DNA from: a virus
Taxonomy: Duplodnaviria; Caudoviricetes
Virus record (IMG/VR): IMGVR_UViG_3300015608_002119
Coordinates: 64,001 to 128,000 of that record
Length of the DNA stretch: 64,000 nt
Strand: one strand, 5' to 3'
Part shown: piece by piece, positions 1-9,455 of the stretch
Numbering within the stretch: the stretch's first letter is position 1
Layout: the number at the start of each line of letters is the position of its first letter
Program-made: the position numbers and the translations under genes
Notes under the pieces: model-generated
Databases searched by the model: none
Told to the model about the DNA's origin: nothing
Seen by the model: only the letters and a program-made list of their open reading frames with translations

Positions 1-5
1 ATCAG

Positions 6-194
6 GTGATCATTCGACATGTACATCCGGACTGGATATCTGCGCACAAGCCAACGGCCGAGCTTAACAGTCGCCTAGGGCTTGATAGTACAGGTCCGCT
101 GCATGACGCAACATTCATGAAGAACCTCCCGTACGAGCAGCATGATAGGGCACTATATCAACGACGTCTAAAGGAAGGGTTCAGCAACCCATGA
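6..194 (+). CDS. C-terminal part of a probable glycosyltransferase (truncated by window start)
   Basis: IIRHVHP...D..LY..R...F tail resembles GT2-like phage glycosyltransferases; ATGA overlap with the next sugar gene. Confidence 0.45.
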   Translation: MIIRHVHPDWISAHKPTAELNSRLGLDSTGPLHDATFMKNLPYEQHDRALYQRRLKEGFSNP

Positions 195-880
195 GTGGTA
201 AAAAGATCGTGGCATTCTGTGTTTGGGGAACTGACCCGAAGTACACAGTTGGAGCACTAAGGAACGCAGAGCTCATCAAGGACATATACCCTGGCTGGGT
301 AGCGCGGTTCTATGTCGGCACCAGTGTCTCGCCGGTGCTAGTGCAGAAGCTGTCACAACGCGGCGCGGAGATTGTGCGTATGTCGGAGGTTGGCGACTGG
401 ACCGGTATGTTTTGGCGGTTCGCGCCAGCCGGTGAGCCTGATGTTGAAATCATGCTCTCACGGGACGTGGACAGCAGGCTCTCAGAAAGGGAGTCGGCCG
501 CTGTCGCTGAGTGGGTACGATCTGACAAGCAGTTTCATATCATGCGAGACCACCCAGCGCATATGACAGAAATTCTAGGTGGTATGTGGGGAGCTAAGCG
601 CGGCGCGATCTCAGATATCAACAGCTTGATCATGAAGTTTAGGTCGAACCAACAAAACAACAACTATTGGCAAGTTGATCAGAACTTCTTACGTGACATC
701 GTGTATCCAAGAATCAAGCATACAGCAATGGTTCATGATGAGTTCTTTTCCAATCACTATAATGACGGCGGCATGCCATTTCCTTGGCCGCGCAAGAACT
801 ACGAATTCGTTGGGGACGTGTTTGACTCCATGGACCAAAGGCATCCCGACTACTGGAAGGCACTGGTGACACGGCCATGA
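191..880 (+). CDS. conserved glycosyltransferase-like protein
   Basis: Motifs FCVWG..KY..GA..N, GMFWRF, SRDVDSR (DxD), FHIMRDHP.H..ILGGMWG, DQ.FL; lies in the sugar operon. Confidence 0.6.
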   Translation: MSGKKIVAFCVWGTDPKYTVGALRNAELIKDIYPGWVARFYVGTSVSPVLVQKLSQRGAEIVRMSEVGDWTGMFWRFAPAGEPDVEIMLSRDVDSRLSERESAAVAEWVRSDKQFHIMRDHPAHMTEILGGMWGAKRGAISDINSLIMKFRSNQQNNNYWQVDQNFLRDIVYPRIKHTAMVHDEFFSNHYNDGGMPFPWPRKNYEFVGDVFDSMDQRHPDYWKALVTRP

Positions 881-1761
881 GCTATAAGGTTCTAATGGTA
901 CAAGAGCGTGGTAGGCACGCAGAAAATGTGATGTTCCGGGAGAGTGAGAACTTCCGTCGCGCCTTTGCGAGACTCGGAGTTGAGAGTGAGGTGTGGGGCC
1001 TTGGCCAGCCAACGTTTGACCGGCCATTTGACGAAGTTGTACGCGACTACGATGTCGTGTTTGTGATCGAGAACTACGACCAGCAAGGCTGGCTGCCAGA
1101 CTTCGCGGCCATCAAAGGCAAGACCAAGGTGTTTTGGAGCATCGATAGCCACTGTGCCCTTGGCAAGCACGTGTTTTTCGCTAAGCGGTCAAAGTTTGAC
1201 ATACACCTGAACTCAACACCCGGCTATCTCAAGAACTTTGAGCCTTTTTCTGGTAAGTGCGTATGGTTTCCTAACGCATATCCGTCAGACCTGATCGACA
1301 AGCGCCCAGACATCACCAAGTCTTATCCTGTTGGGTTTTGTGGTTCGATGATCGGAGACAGGGCCTCGTGGTTGGCTGACGCGGATACCGTCGTGCCTGT
1401 TAAACGTGACGTGTTCGTGCTTGGTGAGAGCATGGTAAAATGCCTGAACACGTATACCGTTGGGCTGAACAAGTCGATTGGTGACGATATCAACTATCGA
1501 GTGTTTGAGACGCTCGGCGCAGGCACGGCACTGCTAACAAATCATGTCCCAGGAATTGAACAGCTGTTCGAGTGCGACGGTCATCACCTGTTGACATACC
1601 AGGGGAATGACGACATGAAACGCAAGCTCAGGTACCTCCTCGATCACCCGGACACATGTAGAGAGATGGCCGGTGCTGGGTACAAGCACGTGCGCGAGCA
1701 TCACACGTATGACACCAGAGCCAGGGAATTGCTATTGATACTCAATGGAGAGATAAGATGA
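877..1761 (+). CDS. CgeB/DUF3880-family (GT-B) glycosyltransferase
   Basis: W.IDSH, VGFCGS, LN...DINYRVFETLGAGT.LLT, H.TY..RA C-terminal Glyco_trans_1_2 signature. Confidence 0.8.
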   Translation: MSYKVLMVQERGRHAENVMFRESENFRRAFARLGVESEVWGLGQPTFDRPFDEVVRDYDVVFVIENYDQQGWLPDFAAIKGKTKVFWSIDSHCALGKHVFFAKRSKFDIHLNSTPGYLKNFEPFSGKCVWFPNAYPSDLIDKRPDITKSYPVGFCGSMIGDRASWLADADTVVPVKRDVFVLGESMVKCLNTYTVGLNKSIGDDINYRVFETLGAGTALLTNHVPGIEQLFECDGHHLLTYQGNDDMKRKLRYLLDHPDTCREMAGAGYKHVREHHTYDTRARELLLILNGEIR

Positions 1762-2612
1762 AGACGTGCCGCAACCTTAGCCAAACAATACTCACGCATC
1801 CAATCGAAGCGCCCAGGTCTGGGATAGTCACGCCGCAGTCCAAGATCTTCACGATGGGCTCATGTTTTGCGTATGAGATCTATTGTCACTTGCGCGACAA
1901 GGGATACAACGTGTTGACGCGGCAACTGTCCGACATCGAACCGGAACTCTTGTGGTACAACACGTACACCATGCGATATGAGTTCGAGAAGGTCGTTGGT
2001 AAGTTCACTCAAGAAAAGAGTGACTACTGGAGCACACACCGCGGATTTCAAGATCCGTACAGGCGGTTCGTGTTTGGCTCTACTGTATCAGAACTATTTC
2101 GGAAGACGCGCGAACTTGACAGGATCATCCACGAAGGCATAACGAGTGCGGATATCGTGGTGCTTACACTTGGACTGACAGAGGTGTTCTTTCAGAACAC
2201 CAACCATAACGCCATCTGTGCAACGCCTGGGTATGGGTCTGGTGGCGGGCATGACACGTACGTCAGGTTCACCGAGTATGGTGAGAACTTTGACAACGTC
2301 GACAGGATTATTCACTTGATCAAGGATATCAACCCGAAGGCAAAAGTCATTATCACTGTGTCTCCTGTGCCGCTTGGCAGCACGTATAGCAACAGCGATC
2401 ATGCCGTTGCCAACACGGAGTCAAAGAGCATACTCAGGGCCGTCGCAGGGGCAATTGTTCGTAAGCATAGCGACATGTGCTACTACTTTCACAGTTATGA
2501 GTTGGCCAACTCATATGACCGGTCCAAGGTCTTTATTGACGATGCGCGGCACGTGAACCGGTCGTTTGTGGCATATATCATGCACGAGTTTGAAAAGCAG
2601 TTTGTTGTATGA
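1758..2612 (+). CDS. GSCFA-domain protein (SGNH hydrolase-like)
   Basis: Literal MGSCFA, LTLGLTE, ITVSPVPL, N..SKS.LR, YF.SYE, D.RHV. Confidence 0.9.
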   Translation: MKTCRNLSQTILTHPIEAPRSGIVTPQSKIFTMGSCFAYEIYCHLRDKGYNVLTRQLSDIEPELLWYNTYTMRYEFEKVVGKFTQEKSDYWSTHRGFQDPYRRFVFGSTVSELFRKTRELDRIIHEGITSADIVVLTLGLTEVFFQNTNHNAICATPGYGSGGGHDTYVRFTEYGENFDNVDRIIHLIKDINPKAKVIITVSPVPLGSTYSNSDHAVANTESKSILRAVAGAIVRKHSDMCYYFHSYELANSYDRSKVFIDDARHVNRSFVAYIMHEFEKQFVV

Positions 2613-3310
2613 GCGTAACAAAAGCAAGTCCGCGACGTGTCCTGGTGATATCACCACACACGGACGATGAGCTGTTTGGCTTGGGTGGCACACTGCTGAA
2701 GTTGAAAGCAACAGCGCCAGACACGTCAATCAAGCTGGTTGTGATGTCGTGCAGCACACGATATCTAAGCCATCTTGGTCGCGACATCACGGCCGAGGAG
2801 CAGTGGGGCGAGTTCTCTGAGTGTGCCAAGCACCTTTCAACGGAGCCGCCGGGTCGCTATATGCTAGACAGCAGGCTTGAGCTTGAACCGTGCTATCGAA
2901 TCGTCAGGTGGTTAGACGAGCTGGTGCAAGATTTTAAACCAACGACGGTGTTCATTCCAGAGCCATCGTACCATCAGGAACACCAACTGGTATACCGGTC
3001 GTGTATTGCGGCATGCAGGCCAACGTTCGGTGAGAAGAGTATTCAGGACGTGTACTTGTATGAAATCCCAACGAGCTGCTGGTCCGGTCCGGACGGGATC
3101 TTCAAGCCAAACGTCTATGTTGACATCGCAACGACCATCGATGAGAAGGTTCGCTTGTTCAAGGAAACATACCGGTTGCAATACACAACCGACAAGCGAA
3201 ACAAGCTCGGCGAGAACGGAATCGTGTCGCACGCACAATATCGCGGCACAGAGGCGGGTCAATTGTATGCCGAATCATTCATGCTGATTCGTTCAACCGG
3301 AGTCCTATGA
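2609..3310 (+). CDS. PIG-L/LmbE-family N-acetylhexosamine deacetylase
   Basis: VISPHTDDELFGLGG, HQEH, YE, F.PN.YVDI, RG...G..YAE.F. Confidence 0.85.
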   Translation: MSVTKASPRRVLVISPHTDDELFGLGGTLLKLKATAPDTSIKLVVMSCSTRYLSHLGRDITAEEQWGEFSECAKHLSTEPPGRYMLDSRLELEPCYRIVRWLDELVQDFKPTTVFIPEPSYHQEHQLVYRSCIAACRPTFGEKSIQDVYLYEIPTSCWSGPDGIFKPNVYVDIATTIDEKVRLFKETYRLQYTTDKRNKLGENGIVSHAQYRGTEAGQLYAESFMLIRSTGVL

Positions 3311-4101
3311 GTTACGGAATAGACAGGATTGTTATCAGCACAGACGACTCACATTTCAGGGAGTTTGCGCATATTGTCAGCGTCGCGTGGCGCAAGGTGT
3401 TTCCGGGCGTCAAGCTCACACTTGCGTACGTTACATCAACAGCAGCACATAGGCGTAAGTTTGAGCGCGACTATGATGACGTAATGGTATTCAACCCAAT
3501 CAATGGAGTACCGGATGCCAACATGGCAAAGATAGCACGTCGTTACGCATGCACACGATACGGCAATGAGGTGTGCATGATAGAGGACATTGACACCGCA
3601 CCACTTAACAGGGATTATCACGCCAGGATCGTTTCTCAGCGAGTGCCCGGAACGCTTGGGATGGTTGGCTTGGAAGTATATGCCGGTACTCCTCATAGCG
3701 GCAAGGCACCTTCCAGCTACACGTGTGGCGAGTCGTACGTTTGGGAACGAGCAATCAACCCGAACGGCTTGGAGTTTGAGGATTGGGCGAGATCATTTAT
3801 CGGCAAACGGGTATTCGATCACAAGGAAGATATCTCGGCGCCCGCTTACCAGTTCTCCGACGAGTCACTGATGCGTGCGATTTTGTCGGAGTCCAAGTTC
3901 ACCAACATCACTCACATCAATCGCGACGCCGATCCCAGAACCGACTGGATTGACCGTAGCTGGTGGGATGTTGACGTTGCGAAACTAAAGCGAAACGAAT
4001 ACTACGTCGTCAACTTCATGCGACCGTTGGATCTTAGGAGGGCACATGACGTGCTCGATCACATTGAGAACCACATGACCTTTGAGGACCACCCAGCATG
4101 A
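3307..4101 (+). CDS. putative glycosyltransferase-like protein
   Basis: DID motif, AKIAR, SDE, IDRS.W; operonic position. Confidence 0.45.
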   Translation: MSYGIDRIVISTDDSHFREFAHIVSVAWRKVFPGVKLTLAYVTSTAAHRRKFERDYDDVMVFNPINGVPDANMAKIARRYACTRYGNEVCMIEDIDTAPLNRDYHARIVSQRVPGTLGMVGLEVYAGTPHSGKAPSSYTCGESYVWERAINPNGLEFEDWARSFIGKRVFDHKEDISAPAYQFSDESLMRAILSESKFTNITHINRDADPRTDWIDRSWWDVDVAKLKRNEYYVVNFMRPLDLRRAHDVLDHIENHMTFEDHPA

Positions 4102-4661
4102 CAACTGTTGTTACCATACACCAACCCAGCTTCTTACCATGGATGCCATTCTTCGACAAGGTTCGCAGTGCAGACATGTACGTGGTCTTGTCTGAGTGCC
4201 AATACGAGAAGAACGGCTACCAGAACCGGTTCTTTTATCGCGGCAAGTGGCATACACTGAGCGTCAACAAGGGTATGGAACCAATCAAAAACAAGAGGTA
4301 CGTTAATCCGTACAACGACTGGGAAAAGATCAAGCTAAATCTACCAGACAAGGCGCACGTCTTGTCACAGTTTGATGATCTGATAAGTGACAATCTGCTA
4401 TTGACGAACATGGCGGTCATCAAACGTTGTCTCAGACTGCTAAACATCAACACGGCCGTAGTGTTGGATCCGGTGACAGCACTGACCGGCACTGACAGGC
4501 TGGTTGACATATGCCGGTACTATGGCGCCGATGTCTACTTGTCTGGCCCGAGCGGCAAGAGCTACATGGACACCGCACTGTTCGATCGTGCGGGTATTGC
4601 CGTCCGGTACTGTGATAGCTCTGACAGCTCCTCGCCGCACGTGCTCGACGTGCTCGGCTGA
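4098..4661 (+). CDS. wbqC: WbqC-family protein
   Basis: IHQP.FLPW..FF.K, YQNR, RLVDIC...GAD.YLSG.SG..Y. Confidence 0.85.
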   Translation: MTTVVTIHQPSFLPWMPFFDKVRSADMYVVLSECQYEKNGYQNRFFYRGKWHTLSVNKGMEPIKNKRYVNPYNDWEKIKLNLPDKAHVLSQFDDLISDNLLLTNMAVIKRCLRLLNINTAVVLDPVTALTGTDRLVDICRYYGADVYLSGPSGKSYMDTALFDRAGIAVRYCDSSDSSSPHVLDVLG

Positions 4662-4680
4662 CCGTCTCACAACTCCCCCG

Positions 4681-4778
4681 CCAAGCCACCCAATAACCCG
4701 TCCTGTGCCCGATCTTTTCCAGGACGGGTTCCTGGCCGTCCGAACCATTTGGACGCCCAGGACGGGCGTATAGGAGCT
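4681..4778. repeat. 98-bp dispersed element, copy A
   Basis: Ungapped match of about 80/98 nt to 59309-59406; also aligns with 47846-47943; core GTGCCCGATCTTTTCC.GGAC.GGTTCCTG. Confidence 0.9.
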
Positions 4779-4965
4779 TGCGCCAAACCTAAAAATACAA
4801 CAATCATATCCGACGGTACAAGACTGCGGAACCGAGACATTACGCCTGAACGGTTACACTGTTATGGTGGTGTGGGATGACGACCTCAAACACCACAAAG
4901 AGCTCGTAGTACAAAAACTGAAAGAATTTCTCGGAGAAAACAGTGTATCCACAAAAAAAGCATAA
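4774..4965 (+). pseudogene. C-terminal remnant of a Vsr/DUF559-like (homing) endonuclease
   Basis: Open frame with no upstream start, reading ...TETLRLNGYTVMVVWDDDLKHHKELVVQKLKEFL; matches the GYxVxxxWExE tail of that family; overlaps the start of the intron-containing gene. Confidence 0.55.
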
Positions 4966-6524
4966 GATACTGATGCTCGGTGATCATCCGTTGACGTAAT
5001 AGCGGATACAAAATTGGGTGAATTGCTGGAAAGTCCTTAGAGCTGGTTGGCCACAGCAGAGTTAGAAATGGCATATGCGACGGCTTAAAAACAATCAGAT
5101 TGGATAATCAGCAGCCAAGTCCCTGTTCAGAAATGATGGGAACGGTTCAACGACTACGGTTAGCCTAAAGCCAAATGGCCATGGCGATGATCCGACAGCG
5201 CCCAACACGATATTATCGTGATGATATAGTCTATTCCTGACAGAAATGTCACGGTAGAAAAGTGTGTACTTCTGGTGTCGGAGTGCAAAGCAGATTTCTA
5301 ATTCAAGGGTTAATTGATACTGGAAAATACACATTTAGGTGCCTTGGTGGCGCGGTAAAGCATCCAAACTACGACCCGATCGCCGTCAACCCGGACTTCA
5401 TTATCAAGCCTGTTGATGGGTTCGGCAACCACGAAGTTGTTCGGAACATCCTCGTTAATGAGAGGCCCGACGCCGTGCTCTTGTTCACAGACCCGAGACA
5501 GTTCACGTGGCTTTGGGAAATCGAAGATGAGGTGCATCAGTTCTGCCCTATCACGTACTGGCACGTTTGGGACAACGACCCTTATCCGGAGTTCAATGGC
5601 GTGTGGTACCGGTCAACGGACCTTATCAACTGCCTATCTCACAAGACGTACGAGCTCGTGCAGCCACATTTCCCCGAGAAGACCGGATATGTGCCACATG
5701 CGTTCCCTGAGAATGTTTACTTTCGTATGCCTGCCGCACAAGTCGATGAGCTCAGGCACCTCAACTTCAAGGAGCGGTCAGACTGGTTTGTTGGGTTGTG
5801 GGTTAACCGAAACGCGACCCGCAAGATGCCTAACGACGTTCTGAACGCTTGGAAGAAGTTCCTTGATGATTTGGAGGCCAAGCATGGTCATCGCAAGGCT
5901 ATGCTGATCATGCACACGGACCCCGTTGATTCTGAGGGGCCGAACCTGTTTGCGACGGTTGACATGCTCGGGATCAACGAACACGTGATGTTCTCAAACC
6001 AGAAGGTTGAGTTCCACGACATGAACGCCCTTTACAACTGCGTTGATTTTGTGGTGAACGTCAGCAAGGCAGAAGGGTTCGGTCTCGCCGCCCTCTCTGC
6101 GCTGATGGTTGGCAAGCCTCTCATTGGCCTTAAAACCGGTGGGATGACACGGCAGCTCGTTGACTACAGGGATGGCACGGAGCATGGTGTTGCGATTGAG
6201 CCTGCGGCCAGGACACTGGTTGGCAGCCAGATGGTTCCTTACATCTACGATGACCACGTGAACTATCTTGATGTTGCCGATGCTTATATGAAGCTATACG
6301 AAAGCAACCTGTCTCCGCAATGGCGTGAAGACATTGCTGCGAAGAACATCGCGTACGCACAGCACGAGTTCAACTACGGCAAGATGATCGAAGATTGGGA
6401 TCGTAGCCTCGGCGAAACAATTGACAAATTCAAAAAGCAAAAGGCCACAGGCAAGAGCAAGTGGACATGCGAACCGCTACAGCCTAGCCTTGGCAAGCGT
6501 GTAAATGTTGGAGCAGCTAAGTGA
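4943..6524 (+). CDS. GT4 glycosyltransferase, spliced: join(4943..4991,5263..6524), about 436 aa
   Basis: GGAG at 4933 then GTG at 4943; exon 1 MYPQKKHKILMLGDHP plus T|TG gives DHPLCTSGVG in frame with ORF 5262..6524; NRN..RK, EGFGL. Confidence 0.9.
4992..5262 (+). ncRNA. group I intron (271 nt, no ORF; IA-like insertion between P7 and P3)
   Basis: P1: exon ATCCGT pairs with GCGGAT giving U.G at the splice site. Core elements GAATTGCTGGAAA, AATCAGCAGCCAAG, TTCAACGACTAC, ATGATATAGTCT. P3 TTGGGTG/CGCCCAA; P8 CACGATATTATCGTG; P9 TGACA-GAAA-TGTCA; terminal G5262. Removal restores the reading frame. Confidence 0.93.
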
Positions 6525-7741
6525 TGAGTAACGGTAAGTCAGTAGTTCTTAGAGGCCCGGCGCTCTCGGTAAGTGGTTATGGCACGCACTGTCGGCAGAT
6601 CGCCAAGTGGCTGTTACGCGATGCCGCTGAGCGTTATGGCCTGGACGTGACAGTTCAGCCGCTGCCATGGGGGACAACGCACTTTCTACTCGACCCAGAC
6701 CTTGAGGATGGCCTTATCGGACAGATTCTACAGGCGTCAGGCAATCAAAAGCCGTTCTATGATGTTAGCGTCCAAGTGCAACTTCCTAACGAATGGGACG
6801 CGTTTCTTGCGGGCTTTAACATCGGTGTTACCGCAGGCGTAGAGACAGAGACGTGCAACCCGGCGTGGATTACTGCGATCAACAACATGGACTTGGTGGT
6901 TGTTCCGTCTGAGTTCACAAAGCAAACCTTCATAAACACCGGAAACGTCAAGACGCCGATCGTTGTTATTCCGGAGTCGTTTCCGGAGGCATACGAGACA
7001 GCTACACCAGATGCGCTTGAAGGGCTAGATCGAGTCGAGACCGCGTTTAACTTCCTGATTGTTGGTCAACTTACCGGCAACGGCGTTGAGAACGACAGGA
7101 AGAACATCCCATACACCATGAAGTGGCTAGCTGAGACCTTCGCTGGTAACAAAGACGTTGGGGTCATCATCAAGACAAACTCTGGCGCCAACACGGAACT
7201 GGATAAGCAACACGTGCGGTCAGTGTTTGCGAAGCTCGTATCGGAGGTGCAGGGGCTTGACACAGGCGCCCGTGGGCCTACGTTCTATCTCTTGCATGGC
7301 CATATGACCGATGCAGAGATGCTCGGCCTTTACAAGCACCCGAAGGTCAAAGCGCTTGTTGCTCTTACGCACGGTGAAGGGTATGGCCTTCCGATCCTTG
7401 AGGCGTCTGCGTGTGGACTGCCGGTGATTGCTACAAACTGGTCCGGCCACCTTGATTTCTTGCGGCATGGCAAGTTCTTGAGCGTTGATAAAACCATCGG
7501 CGAAGTTCATCCGAGCCGTGTTGATGGGCAGATCTTCATGCAAGGCGCCAAGTGGGCATATCCGATCGAACAAGACGCCAAAAGGCGACTCAAGAAGTTC
7601 TACGAGGCTCCCGTGACTCCGGCGCAATGGGCGAAGGACCTCTCCAGGGCCGTGCGGCAGAAGTATTCGTTCGCCACCATATGTGACATCTACAACGACA
7701 AGCTGGGTGTGCACCTAACATCATCATCAGCGCCAACATAA
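6521..7741 (+). CDS. GT4 glycosyltransferase
   Basis: SGYG.H.R, DRKNI, GEGYGLPILEA.A.GLPVIATNWSGHLDF. Confidence 0.88.
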   Translation: MMSNGKSVVLRGPALSVSGYGTHCRQIAKWLLRDAAERYGLDVTVQPLPWGTTHFLLDPDLEDGLIGQILQASGNQKPFYDVSVQVQLPNEWDAFLAGFNIGVTAGVETETCNPAWITAINNMDLVVVPSEFTKQTFINTGNVKTPIVVIPESFPEAYETATPDALEGLDRVETAFNFLIVGQLTGNGVENDRKNIPYTMKWLAETFAGNKDVGVIIKTNSGANTELDKQHVRSVFAKLVSEVQGLDTGARGPTFYLLHGHMTDAEMLGLYKHPKVKALVALTHGEGYGLPILEASACGLPVIATNWSGHLDFLRHGKFLSVDKTIGEVHPSRVDGQIFMQGAKWAYPIEQDAKRRLKKFYEAPVTPAQWAKDLSRAVRQKYSFATICDIYNDKLGVHLTSSSAPT

Positions 7742-7757
7742 AGAAAACAGGTCCATA

Positions 7758-8111
7758 ATGCTCGTTGCCGCCCTGCTCGTCATCTGCCTTTGCTTGGCTT
7801 CGGCATTGGTGTTCGTGTCGTATCACGCCATCAAGTGGGCCAAGATCATTTTCATGCTTGAGGATGATCTATCAGAAGCGATTGAAGTGCATGAACGAAC
7901 AATCGCCGTGCTTGATAAGATCACAAAGACGCAGATGTTCTTCGATAGCCCAGAAGTCAAAGTGGTTGTCGACGAGGCGTTGAGCGACGTACGTGATTGC
8001 CGCACGGCAACGCAGCGGCTCGTAAAGACGTTCACCGACCGAAGCAAGCAGCGTTACGTCAGAACAGAAAAAGACACCGGTCGTGGCAATACTGATAACA
8101 GTGACGACTGA
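7758..8111 (+). CDS. hypothetical membrane-anchored protein
   Basis: N-terminal hydrophobic helix followed by a helical acidic region. Confidence 0.6.
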   Translation: MLVAALLVICLCLASALVFVSYHAIKWAKIIFMLEDDLSEAIEVHERTIAVLDKITKTQMFFDSPEVKVVVDEALSDVRDCRTATQRLVKTFTDRSKQRYVRTEKDTGRGNTDNSDD

Positions 8112-8154
8112 CTTGATCATCGATAGTCACAGATAGAAAGAACCAAACAACATC

Positions 8155-8925
8155 ATGTTCATGCGAGGCAAGAAAAAGGTCATCAAGCGCAAGCCACGTG
8201 GAGGAGCTGCCCCGCAGGACTTCTACTTCAATGCTGGTACGCAAGAAGCCATTGTGCAATATAAGCTGGAACAAGATCCGAAGAAGCGCAACGCGATCTA
8301 CGTAACAAGAATTCTCCCGGCATTCAACAAACTGGTTGAAAATCTGATCAACGTTTACGGGTTTCATGTCCAATACGAGAACAAGCTGGACCTGATGAAC
8401 GAGTGCGTTGAGTTCCTGTATGGAACGGTAACGAAGTATGACCCAACCAGAGGAACAAAGGCGTTTAGCTACTTCAACGTGATTGCCAAGCACTGGCTTA
8501 TCATCAAGAGCAAGCAGAGTGTAAAGCAGCAGCACATTCTATGCTCACTAGATGACACAGACAGGTTCACTGCACATGACCTGGAGACAATAGAGAACTA
8601 CAGCGTTGCACCATCACCTGAGGATGTTCTGCTAAACGAGCACGAGAAAGCCAGACTAAAAGCCATTATCGGTCGGGTTGGGGACATGCTGGCGACTGAC
8701 AACGAGCGCGTTTGTTATGACGGGATCAGCACGTTGTTCGCTACCGCAGAGGAGCTTGATTTCCTCAACAAGCGCGCCGTGATGATTTACCTGCGCGAAA
8801 TGACATCGCTGCATCCCAAGATGATGTCGACAGTCCTTAGCACACTGAGAAAGTATTATGTGATAGCTAAAGAGGAGTACGACCTCGGAGACGCGACAGC
8901 TAACAGCAATGAGCCAACCCAATAA
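8155..8925 (+). CDS. phage late sigma factor (T4 gp55-like, sigma70 region 2)
   Basis: YF...TQEAIVQY, KLVENLI, DLMNECVEFL...KYDP.RG.KAFSYFNVIAK; precedes the structural module. Confidence 0.75.
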   Translation: MFMRGKKKVIKRKPRGGAAPQDFYFNAGTQEAIVQYKLEQDPKKRNAIYVTRILPAFNKLVENLINVYGFHVQYENKLDLMNECVEFLYGTVTKYDPTRGTKAFSYFNVIAKHWLIIKSKQSVKQQHILCSLDDTDRFTAHDLETIENYSVAPSPEDVLLNEHEKARLKAIIGRVGDMLATDNERVCYDGISTLFATAEELDFLNKRAVMIYLREMTSLHPKMMSTVLSTLRKYYVIAKEEYDLGDATANSNEPTQ

Positions 8926-9433
8926 CACCAACGCATACGGCATCAACAACAGCAATCCGATGAACGTAAAGGTGCCAGCGCTCCCAACGTTCGACGTTGC
9001 CATGGGCGTCGCCAACAGCATGATCGATGCCGGTGGCAGCGACGATGGAGAGGTGTTGGTGCCACCTTCTAGAAAGCTCGTCCAAACCACCAATTCAGAC
9101 TTGCAGATGTTTGTCGACCTGCTCGACTCGCTCACGGACGTTGACGATAGGCTTAAACTGCTTTGGAAGCAGATCTACAACAACGCACTGGTCGATCGTC
9201 AAAACGCATACGTCATGTGGCTTGATCTATTCCAGGCAGTGGCTGGTAATGCCGAACAGCACGTGATTCATGGTGATCATATTGCCAAGTATATGGAGCG
9301 GATGGAGAAAGCCAACACGCAAATCCTCAAGCTGGCCGAACTGGTCTACAAGGCCAAGGAGAAGAGTAGTGACGACGGCGTGCCAACCGGCAACGCACTG
9401 TTTGATGCGCTTGAGAAAAGAAAACGCGGCTAG
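8909..9433 (+). CDS. conserved phage hypothetical helical protein
   Basis: Clean ORF coupled to the sigma gene; LWKQIYNNA..DR, KYMERMEKANTQILKLAEL. Confidence 0.6.
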   Translation: MSQPNNTNAYGINNSNPMNVKVPALPTFDVAMGVANSMIDAGGSDDGEVLVPPSRKLVQTTNSDLQMFVDLLDSLTDVDDRLKLLWKQIYNNALVDRQNAYVMWLDLFQAVAGNAEQHVIHGDHIAKYMERMEKANTQILKLAELVYKAKEKSSDDGVPTGNALFDALEKRKRG

Positions 9434-9455
9434 CTAACAGCCGGGCTTTACCGCT

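Noticed and set aside
5262-5264. GTG start of the GT4 gene
   Set aside because: G5262 is the terminal G of the intron; the true start is GTG 4943 with a GGAG site.
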